Of a DNA stretch of 64,000 nt, positions 1 through 9,349 are shown one piece after another; position 1 is the first letter of the stretch, and the number at the start of each line of letters is the position of its first letter. This stretch comes from an uncultured Gammaproteobacteria bacterium (GTDB lineage: Bacteria > Patescibacteriota > Microgenomatia > Daviesbacterales > UBA10151): contig CAZVEX010000001.1 of assembly GCA_964625535.1 (NCBI GenBank), forward strand, positions 128,295 to 192,294. Direction: 5' to 3'. The notes beneath the pieces are model-generated. The model was not told where the DNA came from, did no database searches, and saw only the letters and a program-made list of their open reading frames with translations. Position numbers and translations under genes: made by a program.

Positions 1-2
1 AT

Positions 3-1286
3 CCAACCTCTCCTCTTGCCCGATTAACTAGAACAAAAGCGCTGTTGGCGCAAAACGGTGAAGTTCCCAGCCTAAAAATAGCGGAGAAGATGATCGCTTC
101 AAGTGAAGCTTTAATTGAAATGGCAAATTTGAAGACCGATCAACTAGTCTCCAAATATAAGTCGCTGATAGAAGAGTTATTTAAAACGGATATCAAGAAC
201 TCAAGATTACTGCTTTATCTAGATAGACAAATAATTGCCAATCTTTTTAGCGAGCATTTGTATATTTTAGAACAACTCCAAAGTCCCTTATATCCCTTCC
301 TAAAGGAGAAATTGGTGGCCAATAATTTATCTCCGCAATTTGCAACAGATTCTAGACCAGGCCTAAGTTATTTGAGGCAAGTTTTTAGATTTGATGTTCC
401 CCAAAAGGGGAACTATGAAGTTTTAATGACCGATGCCGGGGTCTCAAAATTTTATTCCAATCATCTTGGGAAGGTGCAATTGCAAATTGATGAAAAGGCG
501 ATGTTGCTGGATGGTAAGCAAAATGATGACTTTATTTCTTTTGGGAGTATTGCGCTGGAAAAAGGCCAGCATGAAGTAAGTTATTTTTCCCCGCAAGCCT
601 TAAATCTGGCTCCGGCGGGAGAAAGCAAAGATCCGGTTAATATTGCGCTCGAAGCGGTGGGAAAAGATACTTTTAAGGTTAGTTTCCAGGCAAAAGTGAT
701 AGCCGGAAATGGTTTTTCCATTCAGCTTGAACAGGAGGGTGGGGGCGGGCCCAATGAGTTTGTTTCCCAAGCTATTCAAAATGATTGGGTAAGTTATGAG
801 TTTACAACTCTTCCTCTCATGACGACCACCAGATCGGCCGTTTTGAGAATTATTTTTGATACCGGCCAGGTTTTACTAAAAGACTTAAGAGTTGAACGGG
901 TATTAACAAGTCAGCTGATTCTTCGCGCCAGGCCCCTAGATGGGGAGGATTTAGATAGAGGAACGGTTGAAAATTTTGTGAGGAATAATCCTACCTCGTA
1001 TAAAGGGAGGATCAAAATTATCAAACCTGCCCTGTTAATCTTTAAAGAATCTTTTCATCCGAAATGGAAACTGACGCTTAAAAGCGAGAGCGCAGTTTAC
1101 ACCCCGGATGGACACTACATCAGTAATCTTTATGGCAATGCCTGGCTGGTGGAAAATACTGGTGAATACGACTTTGAGATAACTTTTGAGCCCCAGTCTT
1201 ATGTAAATTGGGGTCTGTTTTTAGGAGGAGCGACCTTTACTGTGCTTGTTTCAATGCTTTTGGTAAAAAAATTAAGGAGATTATAG
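3..1286 (+). CDS. 5'-truncated large membrane/surface protein with YfhO/AftD-like C-terminal domain (probable GT-C family)
   Basis: Frame is open back to the window edge (no stop in 3-44). The C-terminus NPTSY...LIFKESFHPKW...N.YGNAW...F.PQ plus terminal TM helix matches that of 3267..5903. Confidence 0.6.
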   Translation, partial: PTSPLARLTRTKALLAQNGEVPSLKIAEKMIASSEALIEMANLKTDQLVSKYKSLIEELFKTDIKNSRLLLYLDRQIIANLFSEHLYILEQLQSPLYPFLKEKLVANNLSPQFATDSRPGLSYLRQVFRFDVPQKGNYEVLMTDAGVSKFYSNHLGKVQLQIDEKAMLLDGKQNDDFISFGSIALEKGQHEVSYFSPQALNLAPAGESKDPVNIALEAVGKDTFKVSFQAKVIAGNGFSIQLEQEGGGGPNEFVSQAIQNDWVSYEFTTLPLMTTTRSAVLRIIFDTGQVLLKDLRVERVLTSQLILRARPLDGEDLDRGTVENFVRNNPTSYKGRIKIIKPALLIFKESFHPKWKLTLKSESAVYTPDGHYISNLYGNAWLVENTGEYDFEITFEPQSYVNWGLFLGGATFTVLVSMLLVKKLRRL

Positions 1287-1289
1287 AAT

Positions 1290-1628
1290 ATGATGAAAAA
1301 TAAACGATTCCTTTGGGGAGTGTTAGTATTTATTATTTCTTTGCCGATTTTTATTTTTTTGGATAATGGTTTCTCTTATCCAGATAAAAGCAGGTTCACT
1401 CAAGAGCTTGTTTTTTCCCTTGCTCTTTCTTTAACCTTCAGTGGGATTTTTCGAAAATATATCTTAATTTTAAGCGTAATCTGTTTTATGATCATGATCT
1501 TTTTTGTCATTTTTTTGAAATTTAATATCGCCAATTGGTTTGGCAGTTTGGGATTTGGTGTTTTGTTAATTTATTTTATTGGATTACTATCCCAACTTAT
1601 TAAAAGGGGTTATACAGGAGAGTCATAG
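1290..1628 (+). CDS. Small hypothetical membrane protein (~4 TM)
   Basis: 112-aa hydrophobic ORF starting 3 nt after the upstream stop. Confidence 0.6.
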   Translation: MMKNKRFLWGVLVFIISLPIFIFLDNGFSYPDKSRFTQELVFSLALSLTFSGIFRKYILILSVICFMIMIFFVIFLKFNIANWFGSLGFGVLLIYFIGLLSQLIKRGYTGES

Positions 1629-3071
1629 TATTTTTGCCATCAACTGATATACTCTTTCTTTGGGAAAATTTTTTGGCACACCCCCGAAATCTTCATAAAA
1701 AACTTGCAAAGTAGGGTCTTTGTACAAAAGTTGCAGAGCGTCTGCGCCGTTTAGAACAAAACTGGCCTGTTTGGAAGTCCCTCCCCACTCTTTTGTTAAA
1801 TATGGGTAAGCAGGATCATTGGTAAAATAGATTGCCGATCCTTTTGGAAGAGAGGGATACTTGGATTTCAACTCCTGAACCAATTTTTGGGCAGTTTTAC
1901 CTCTGGTTGAGGCCCAGTGGGTTTTTTCTCCCAGCTTGATTGACGCCCCGTTCAATAAAAGAAGACTGGCAATAAATAGAAAGACTAAAAATTTAGATAA
2001 AGCAGATTGAGTTATTACAAAAAATATTAGTGCCCAAAATGGTGCCAACACAAATATTAAATAATGAGATGATTTATGAGAGGGTAAAAAAATTACCGGC
2101 AGTAAACCTGTTAAAAGCCAGAACAAAAAAAATAAAAATCTTTTATCCATAAATAGAGATCTTCTTTTTAACACAGTGGAGATAATGAAAAATATCAAAA
2201 TAAAGCAAGATACAAAAAATGCGGGGAAAATAACTTTATAAAAATCTCCCCAGTATCTCAAGAGATTTGGATTTAGCTTAAAACCCGGTAAAACAAAATC
2301 TATTAACATCTCCGGCATTCCGTAGCCCCAAGACATATACCAGCTAAAAGACTGGATAATAGTTTTGGGATTAAAGATAAATTTATACTGCTGCTCCCCG
2401 GGAGAAAAACCTATTTTGACCAAATCTATATAAAGCAAAATGATTAAGCTTAAGAAAAATGGCCATAGTTTTAAAATACGCGACCGAAGAGCTAGTAGGA
2501 TTAAAGGGGTGGCCAGAATGATTTCATGGGAAGCAAGAGCCAACAGAAATGACACAAAAGATAAAAGATAAAATTTAAATCTGTGTACTGCCAGATATTT
2601 TTTGTAAGAAATAATTGTTAAAAGAGCAAACGTCACTGCTCCGGAGCTTTCGATCCCGCCGGGAATGTAATAAAGAGTTGCCACATTGGCCGCCGATATT
2701 CCAAAAAATAATGCCGTTAAAAAAGACAGCAATCTTTTTTTAAAAATGTTTTGTATTAAAAAATATACAAGAGAAATGTTAATGAAATGAATTCCCAGAA
2801 GTAGTACCCTAAAAGGGAGGTGGTTTAGACCGAAGATGCTAAAATAAATATTGTGTAGGGCTTCCCTAAATATAGGCCGGTAAAAAGCAATTCCTCTTTC
2901 CTCAAAAGGATATATTCCAAAGAGTCTGACAAAATCTGTAAAAGTCCCGTCCGTTAGACTAACTTTGAACATAAAAAAATCATCTTGAGAGAAATAAACA
3001 TTAAATGTCGGGAAGTAAAGCAGCAAGACAGCTGCAAAGATAACTAATATCGGAGCGAATTTTCTCATCAA
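1623..3071 (-). CDS. GT-C fold membrane glycosyltransferase (PMT/ArnT-like)
   Basis: Multi-TM protein with SQDDF acidic pair after TM1, FYRP, ALASHE and a soluble C-terminal domain. Start is TTG 3071 or ATG 3068. Confidence 0.7.
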   Translation of the reverse strand: MMRKFAPILVIFAAVLLLYFPTFNVYFSQDDFFMFKVSLTDGTFTDFVRLFGIYPFEERGIAFYRPIFREALHNIYFSIFGLNHLPFRVLLLGIHFINISLVYFLIQNIFKKRLLSFLTALFFGISAANVATLYYIPGGIESSGAVTFALLTIISYKKYLAVHRFKFYLLSFVSFLLALASHEIILATPLILLALRSRILKLWPFFLSLIILLYIDLVKIGFSPGEQQYKFIFNPKTIIQSFSWYMSWGYGMPEMLIDFVLPGFKLNPNLLRYWGDFYKVIFPAFFVSCFILIFFIISTVLKRRSLFMDKRFLFFLFWLLTGLLPVIFLPSHKSSHYLIFVLAPFWALIFFVITQSALSKFLVFLFIASLLLLNGASIKLGEKTHWASTRGKTAQKLVQELKSKYPSLPKGSAIYFTNDPAYPYLTKEWGGTSKQASFVLNGADALQLLYKDPTLQVFYEDFGGVPKNFPKERVYQLMAKIL

Positions 3072-3076
3072 GATGA

Positions 3077-3084
3077 ATTATAAT
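3077..3084. promoter_or_regulatory. Palindromic ATTATAAT, candidate bidirectional -10 element
   Basis: Reads TATAAT on both strands. It lies 6 nt before ATG 3091 (+) and 5-8 nt before the starts at 3071/3068 (-). Confidence 0.6.
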
Positions 3085-3090
3085 AGGTAT

Positions 3091-3270
3091 ATGACTAAGT
3101 TTAAATTGTCATCTGTGATTTTTGTTTTGGGGGCTACACTTGCAGGAGCGGCCGGGATTGCTATTTTATCTTCACATCAGGGATTTGCCCAGAAGATGCT
3201 GACTGTTTTTTTCTGGATAATAGTTTTAGGAACGGCAGTTTATTCATGGGAGATAAGGCAAAATAAGTGA
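3091..3270 (+). CDS. Small 2-TM hypothetical protein
   Basis: Hydrophobic ORF. ATG 3091 is preferred over 3073 because TATAAT lies 6 nt upstream. Stop overlaps the next start. Confidence 0.6.
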   Translation: MTKFKLSSVIFVLGATLAGAAGIAILSSHQGFAQKMLTVFFWIIVLGTAVYSWEIRQNK

Positions 3271-5903
3271 GCCATAAAATCTATATCATCATTTTAGCCT
3301 TAATTTTGATTGGAGTGTACTGGTACTGGTGGCTGCCGGGAGTAAGAGTAGCCAGTGACTTTCCTGTTGTATCGGAAGAGGTTTTAAAAAGTTTGTTGGA
3401 TTTTCCCAGAACCTGGTCCGATAGGGGATCGGAGGGGCTGGGTGAGGTAAGCGACTTTTTTTTATGGTCTTATCCCTTAACATTTGTTTCTTCTCTACTG
3501 GCAAATCTGGGGTTTAATTTTCAACAGATTATTAGGATAGTAATTATGATCCCTTTTTTGCTAATAGGCTCTGTGTCTATTTGGAAGTTCGGCGAAAGTT
3601 TAAAATTATCAAATCCGGCTAAGCTCATTTCTGCAATTTTTTATTTGACTAACACCTATGTTTTATTACTGGTGGATGGGGGACAACTCTCAATTGCCCT
3701 AGCTTTTGCCTTTTTCCCTGCGAGTTTTCTTGCTTTGGAAAAAGCCAGAGTTGGGGGATTGAAAGAAAAACTTTGGGCCGGGCTGGCTGCATCAGCCTTG
3801 GGATTTTTTGATTTTCGCTTTATCTATCTTTTGGCAGTAATTTCCCTTGTCAGATTTTTTTACGAACTCTTCTTCATCAAATTTAAGGATTTTAGGAAAT
3901 GGACATTAGATTGGGTGAAAACAGCAGTAGCCGTAGCAGTGATAATTTTTGGCTTACATGCTTATTGGTTAATACCTTTTCTGGCGTTTCCTATCTCATC
4001 TGAAACCTATCGTTTTTTTACTCAAACTTCATTTGCAGGTTTAGGCAACTTAGCTCATTCCATGCTTTTACTTTCGCCGCATTGGCCGGAAAATATTTTT
4101 GGAAAAATTACTCCTTTGAGGTGGGAATTTATTGTCATTCCGATATTTGCTTTGCTGGCTCCAATTTTAAAACCAAAAAACAAAACAGTACTATTTTGGT
4201 TGTTCGCCCTAGTTTTGTCCATATTTCTTTCCAAAGGGGCAGCGGAGCCTTTGGTAGCAATTTATCCTTGGCTTTATAATCATCTTCCCGGATTTTCGCT
4301 GTTTCGCGATTCCTCGAAATTTTTTACTTTGGAGGCTTTATCTTATGCGTTGCTGTGGGGGATCACGGTGGATACGCTTTTGGGCAAATTTAAAAAAGCC
4401 AAATTAAGTATCTTATTTTTATGCGCATTAGTTTTTTATTTATTGTTTTTGATTCGTCCTATTTGGAGTGATCAAATGACTGGCACTTTTTCTCCTCCAA
4501 GATTTCAGGTAGAATTTGCCCAGCTTAAAAATTTTTTAACTAACGATAAACAGACCTCCAGAGTATTTTGGATTCCTTCGTTTCCACCCTTGGGTCATGT
4601 TGACAGCGAACACCCGGCAGTTGAGGCATCGCGTTTGGTGCAAAAAAGGCCTTTCGCAGCAGGCACCCTTGGAACATATGAAATTTTTAATTTTCTCCGG
4701 GAAGCTCCTTACATGGGTGAGATATTTGATGTGGCAGGAATAGGTTACATAGCTTATCCCCCGCTTGATCCCAAAAAAGACAATCTGCATCCAGATAATG
4801 TTCGCTATTACGATACATTTCAAAGTCAACTCTCTAATTTACCATGGTTGTCTAAATTAGAAAGCTCCACAGTCCCTCTTTGGAAAACTAAACAGCGTCA
4901 AGGAATCTTTTTTGCAACACCTGATGTCTGGTGGGTAGTGGGGTCGGATAATATTTATAATGAAGCCACCAAAAGCGCGAAGCTTAGCTTATCCCGAAAT
5001 GCCCTGATTTTTGCAGAGGAAAAAGCGGGTTTAGGTAAGAATTTAGACCGGATGCCGGAAGCAAAAATAGTTTTGCATAATAAGACTATAGTGGATCTGG
5101 CGGCAAGCTTTATAGATCCTCGGGATCTGATCTTTCCGGCCCAACAGCTTCAAGATGATCCTGATTCCTCGGGTTGGTGGAAAAGGCAAACAAAGGATTT
5201 AATTGCCTGGAGATATTTTTTAAGGGATAAATACCAAATTGATAATTTGGATTTTGATTTGGGAGGAGGATGGATGGTAGGGGAGGGAAATTTAAAGCTC
5301 AAAGCTCAAAGTTCAAAGTTCAAAAAGGAGGATATTTTGCTGGCAAGAGTGATGGAAAGTTCAAGAAGCGGACAACTAAAGTTTTATCAAAATAATGATT
5401 TGGTTGGTGAAATAAAGACTAAGACAAATGATAATAATGTGAGATGGCATGAAGTTGGTCGGTTAATTAATGGAAAAGAATTAACGATAGAATCGGAAGG
5501 TGATATTAATGTAGTAAATGGGCTGGCTGTTTTGGAAAGGGATAAATGGGAAAGTTATAAAAATAAAGCAAATGAGATGCGCCGTAGAATAGTGGAATTT
5601 AGTCAAGAAAATACCTCTACGAGTGCTGCATTAGTTTCCTATGAAAGAGTTAACCCCACAAAATATCTGGTTAATGTATCGAACATTCAAGAACCCGCTT
5701 TTTTGGTTTTTTCGGAGAGTTTTGATAAGCTTTGGAAGATCAATGGTCAAGATCCCTTGCCTGTGTATAGTTTATTAAACGGTTTTAGGATAGAAAAAGC
5801 CGGGGATTATGTGGTGGAATTTGAACCGCAAAAATTTATTTTTCCGGGACTCGTAATTTCCGGATTAAGTTTAGCGATTATTATTCTTATTCTGCTGATA
5901 TAA
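3267..5903 (+). CDS. Large GT-C-like membrane protein (YfhO/AftD-like) with extracellular domain and C-terminal anchor
   Basis: 878 aa. About 12 N-terminal TMs, PGFSLFRDSSKF motif, RVFWIP, and a C-terminal NPTKY...FSESFD..W...F.PQ + TM. Confidence 0.7.
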   Translation: MSHKIYIIILALILIGVYWYWWLPGVRVASDFPVVSEEVLKSLLDFPRTWSDRGSEGLGEVSDFFLWSYPLTFVSSLLANLGFNFQQIIRIVIMIPFLLIGSVSIWKFGESLKLSNPAKLISAIFYLTNTYVLLLVDGGQLSIALAFAFFPASFLALEKARVGGLKEKLWAGLAASALGFFDFRFIYLLAVISLVRFFYELFFIKFKDFRKWTLDWVKTAVAVAVIIFGLHAYWLIPFLAFPISSETYRFFTQTSFAGLGNLAHSMLLLSPHWPENIFGKITPLRWEFIVIPIFALLAPILKPKNKTVLFWLFALVLSIFLSKGAAEPLVAIYPWLYNHLPGFSLFRDSSKFFTLEALSYALLWGITVDTLLGKFKKAKLSILFLCALVFYLLFLIRPIWSDQMTGTFSPPRFQVEFAQLKNFLTNDKQTSRVFWIPSFPPLGHVDSEHPAVEASRLVQKRPFAAGTLGTYEIFNFLREAPYMGEIFDVAGIGYIAYPPLDPKKDNLHPDNVRYYDTFQSQLSNLPWLSKLESSTVPLWKTKQRQGIFFATPDVWWVVGSDNIYNEATKSAKLSLSRNALIFAEEKAGLGKNLDRMPEAKIVLHNKTIVDLAASFIDPRDLIFPAQQLQDDPDSSGWWKRQTKDLIAWRYFLRDKYQIDNLDFDLGGGWMVGEGNLKLKAQSSKFKKEDILLARVMESSRSGQLKFYQNNDLVGEIKTKTNDNNVRWHEVGRLINGKELTIESEGDINVVNGLAVLERDKWESYKNKANEMRRRIVEFSQENTSTSAALVSYERVNPTKYLVNVSNIQEPAFLVFSESFDKLWKINGQDPLPVYSLLNGFRIEKAGDYVVEFEPQKFIFPGLVISGLSLAIIILILLI
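5287..5324 (+). repeat. In-frame heptamer tandem repeat (AAAGCTC)2(AAAGTTC)2
   Basis: gaaattt aaagctc aaagctc aaagttc aaagttc aaa; encodes NLKLKAQSSKFK. Confidence 0.85.
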
Positions 5904-5910
5904 TGGCTAT

Positions 5911-7170
5911 ATGCTAAAATCTATTCTATCAACCGCTACTTTCAGAGAGTCTCAAATTACCATTGCAGGCACTCTGATAAATGGCGTTTTGGGAGCGCTG
6001 TTTTATATTGCCTTGGCAAGATTTTTGGGACCGGCGGATTTTGGATTGTTAACTATCACGTTGACTACTTTAGTTTTAATTGCGGATATGGCGGATATTG
6101 GCACTAATACCGGTTTGATCCGTTTTGTCTCTGCAAATTTGGCCCAAGGCAGAGACAAAGCCTACAGGTTTCTAAAATTAAGTCTGGAGATAAAACTTAT
6201 TACCTGGGCAATATCTTGTTTAATCATTTTCCTGCTTGCGCCATTTTTAGCAACAGAAGTTTTTCGCAAAGAGGAGCTAATTTTACCTTTAAAACTGGCT
6301 GCTTTTGGAGTAGGAGGAGCTTTGCTTTTTACCTTTGCCACATCTGCGCTGCAAGCTTATCAGAAATATTTTCTTTGGAGTGTAATCAATATATTAACCA
6401 ATTCTTTAAGACTGGTATTAATTTTAATTTTAGGTTATTACCTTGTTCTTAACGTGGAAAACAGTTTATTGGTTTATATATTTGTACCCTTTTTTGGTTT
6501 TTTTGTGACGCTTTTTATTCTTCCTGCAAGAAAAATACTTGCCAGTAAAAATGAATTTAGTTTATCCAAAGAGCTTTTCAAATACAACATTCCGGTAGCC
6601 ATCTTTACCCTGGTTGCCGCTTTTTCCGCCAGGCTGGATACATACTTGAATGCCGTGTTGCTTTCTGCCAGAGAGGTGGGAATATATGGAGCTGCCAATC
6701 AGATGGTGGCAGTGATGCCGCAGCTGGTTGCGGCTCTGGGATTGGTGGCCGCGCCGAAATTTTCCTCATTTCAAAACAACAAGCAGATGCTTACTTATTT
6801 TAAAAAATTTCAGTTTTTTGTTTCTGGGCTTTGCCTTTTGGGAATTTTAACTATTCCTGTTTCAGTATTTCTCATTCCAGCGCTCTTTGGGCCGCAGTAT
6901 AACGGCGCGGTTTTGCCATTTATTTTTTTATTTTTGGCAATGATCGTCTTTCTTTTCTCAATTCCGGTTCATCATAGCGTTATTTTTTACTTTGGCAGAC
7001 CGGATGTTTTTATCTGGGTTTCGATTGGTCATCTTTTAATAATCGGTGGTTTAGGATATCTTTTAATATCAAACTTTGGAATTTCAGGTGCAGCAATTAC
7101 AGTGCTAATTGGTACAACTTTTAACTTTTTATATCCATTGATGTGGCTGCTCGCTAAATTAAAGAAATGA
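5911..7170 (+). CDS. Wzx-like oligosaccharide flippase (MOP superfamily)
   Basis: About 12 TM; ARFLGPADFG, RLDTYL, EVGIYGAA, FGISGAA. Confidence 0.85.
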   Translation: MLKSILSTATFRESQITIAGTLINGVLGALFYIALARFLGPADFGLLTITLTTLVLIADMADIGTNTGLIRFVSANLAQGRDKAYRFLKLSLEIKLITWAISCLIIFLLAPFLATEVFRKEELILPLKLAAFGVGGALLFTFATSALQAYQKYFLWSVINILTNSLRLVLILILGYYLVLNVENSLLVYIFVPFFGFFVTLFILPARKILASKNEFSLSKELFKYNIPVAIFTLVAAFSARLDTYLNAVLLSAREVGIYGAANQMVAVMPQLVAALGLVAAPKFSSFQNNKQMLTYFKKFQFFVSGLCLLGILTIPVSVFLIPALFGPQYNGAVLPFIFLFLAMIVFLFSIPVHHSVIFYFGRPDVFIWVSIGHLLIIGGLGYLLISNFGISGAAITVLIGTTFNFLYPLMWLLAKLKK

Positions 7171-7949
7171 AAATTTGGGCCAACACCATTGTTAATAACG
7201 AGGAGAATTTTATTTGGTTTGCCATGAAGTCTATCTTGGATTATGTAGATAAGATTTTGATTTGGGATAGCGGTTCGACTGACAAAACGGCAGACATAAT
7301 CAGGGAAATTAAGGAAGATAAAATTGTTTTCAAAAAAGTGGGACAGGTTGACAAACATGGATTTACAAAAATGCGCCAGAGGATGCTGGAAGAATCCGAT
7401 TGCGACTGGGTATTAATCTTGGATGGTGATGAGATCTGGTGGGAAGATTCGATCAGGAAAGTAGTGGATGTTATAAGCAGCAAGGGTAAACAGATTGAGG
7501 GTATAGTTGTACCAATGGTAGTGCCGGTGGGAGATATTTTTCATTTCCAGGAAGCTAGTGCCGGCAGATACAAAATATTGGGTAGAGAGGGACATTTGAG
7601 TTTAAAAGCATTCAGCAAAAAAATTCCCGGACTTCATGTGGAAAATCCTTACGGTAGCGAGGGATTTTTTGATGGGCAGGGAAAGGCAGTCCAAGAGAGA
7701 GAAAAAATAATCTTTCTGGATGCGCCAATTTTACATGTGACTCACCTTAAAAGATCTTCACGCAAAAGAACTTCGGATAAGTATAAATATGAATTGGGGA
7801 AAAAAGCTTCTCCAGACTATAAATATCCGGAAGTCTTATATCTTCCTTATCCTTCCTTTATTCCCTCCCCTTGGGTTAAAATTCAAGGCATCCCCCAAAT
7901 GATTAGTCAGATTCTTACTCCCTTGCGGAAAATCAAAAGGAGATTATGA
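7167..7949 (+). CDS. Glycosyltransferase family 2
   Basis: NEE, WDSGSTDKT, LILDGDE (DxD). Confidence 0.9.
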   Translation: MKIWANTIVNNEENFIWFAMKSILDYVDKILIWDSGSTDKTADIIREIKEDKIVFKKVGQVDKHGFTKMRQRMLEESDCDWVLILDGDEIWWEDSIRKVVDVISSKGKQIEGIVVPMVVPVGDIFHFQEASAGRYKILGREGHLSLKAFSKKIPGLHVENPYGSEGFFDGQGKAVQEREKIIFLDAPILHVTHLKRSSRKRTSDKYKYELGKKASPDYKYPEVLYLPYPSFIPSPWVKIQGIPQMISQILTPLRKIKRRL

Positions 7950-8635
7950 TGGGTTCAAACGGTACAAAAACCCTGGAATCAATGAGTCAGGCTGTCTGGT
8001 ATAACAAGTGGACAGTCAAAAAATTTGTCAGTTTTTTAAAAGGAGACATCTTGGAAGTTGGTTGCGGTATTGGAAATTTCACAACTACCTTGAAGGAATA
8101 TGGAAATGTTTGGGCAATAGATATTAATGAAAATTATGTCAAGCAGACAGCCCAAAGTGCAAATGATAACACTAATGTGGGTTTGGGAAACATTGAAAAA
8201 GGAAAATATTTTTTTAAAAACCAAAAATTTGATTGTATAGTTTGTCTTAATGTTTTAGAGCACATACGGGATGATAAAAGAGCCTTAAAAAATATGAGTG
8301 AACTTTTAAAGGCGGACGGATTTCTAATTTTGTTAGTGCCCGCATATGATTTTTTGTACGGAGAAATAGATAAATCTATTGGACATTTTAGAAGATATAA
8401 CAAGAACCAACTTAAAAGTATGTTAGAAGATATGGGATTTAAAATCATTAAAAGTCGAGTAATTAACTTTCTTGGAGGAATAGGCTGGTGGATTTCATCA
8501 AAATTATTTTCCGAAATCCGGGTTGATGAAAACAAAATTCAAGTTTTTAATTTTGTTGCGCCTATGGTATTACCGCTGGAAGATGTTATCGAACCTCCTT
8601 TCGGGACGTCAATTTTAATAATTGCCAAAAAATGA
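7946..8635 (+). CDS. Class I SAM-dependent methyltransferase
   Basis: ILEVGCGIG, LNVLEHI, GHFRRY. Confidence 0.9.
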   Translation: MMGSNGTKTLESMSQAVWYNKWTVKKFVSFLKGDILEVGCGIGNFTTTLKEYGNVWAIDINENYVKQTAQSANDNTNVGLGNIEKGKYFFKNQKFDCIVCLNVLEHIRDDKRALKNMSELLKADGFLILLVPAYDFLYGEIDKSIGHFRRYNKNQLKSMLEDMGFKIIKSRVINFLGGIGWWISSKLFSEIRVDENKIQVFNFVAPMVLPLEDVIEPPFGTSILIIAKK

Positions 8636-9348
8636 CCAAAATAATTTCTATAATTGTCCCGGTTTTTAACGAAGAGAAGACAGTTAAGCAACTGCTCGAA
8701 AGAGTAAGCAAAGTAAAATTACCGTGGGGTATAGGTAAAGAAATAATAGTAGTAGATGATGGATCAGAAGATAATTCAAAATTCAAAATTCAAAATTCAA
8801 AATTGTATAAAACAATAAAATTTTTTTCTCATAAGCACAATTTGGGAAAAGGGGCGGCATTAAGGACAGGAATAAAAGCAGCAGGCGGAGACTACCTAAT
8901 AATTCAAGATGGCGATTTGGAATACAATCCAGATGACTATTCAAAGTTGTTGGAGCCAATATTGAAGAAAAAATCAAAGATAGTTTTTGGTACAAGACTT
9001 GTTAATTACCCTCTAAAACTTTGGGGTAAGAACAGAACGGTGTTACCCCTGCATCTAATAGCCAATAGATTTTTAACCTGGCTGGTAAATTTTTTATTTG
9101 GTTCAAAACTGACAGATATGGAAACATGCTATAAACTTTTTACCAGGGAAGTTATCGAAAACTTAAGATTACAATCAGATAGATTTGAGATTGAACCTGA
9201 GATAACTATCAAATCATTAAAATTGGGCTACAATATAGTGGAGGTGCCAATTAGGACCAAACCCCGTGGATATGACCAAGGTAAAAAAATTGGCTTTTGG
9301 GATGGTTTGAAAGCCGTTTGGACAATTTTAAAATACAGATTTTTTTAA
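8632..9348 (+). CDS. GT2, DPM1-like polyprenol-phosphate glycosyltransferase
   Basis: VPVFNEE, VDDGSED, NLGKGAA, IQDGDLEY, LTDMETCYKLF, RFEIEPEIT. Confidence 0.9.
   Translation: MTKIISIIVPVFNEEKTVKQLLERVSKVKLPWGIGKEIIVVDDGSEDNSKFKIQNSKLYKTIKFFSHKHNLGKGAALRTGIKAAGGDYLIIQDGDLEYNPDDYSKLLEPILKKKSKIVFGTRLVNYPLKLWGKNRTVLPLHLIANRFLTWLVNFLFGSKLTDMETCYKLFTREVIENLRLQSDRFEIEPEITIKSLKLGYNIVEVPIRTKPRGYDQGKKIGFWDGLKAVWTILKYRFF
8771..8805 (+). repeat. In-frame heptamer tandem repeat (AAAATTC)n
   Basis: ataattc aaaattc aaaattc aaaattc aaaattg; encodes NSKFKIQNSKL. Confidence 0.9.
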
Positions 9349-9349
9349 A

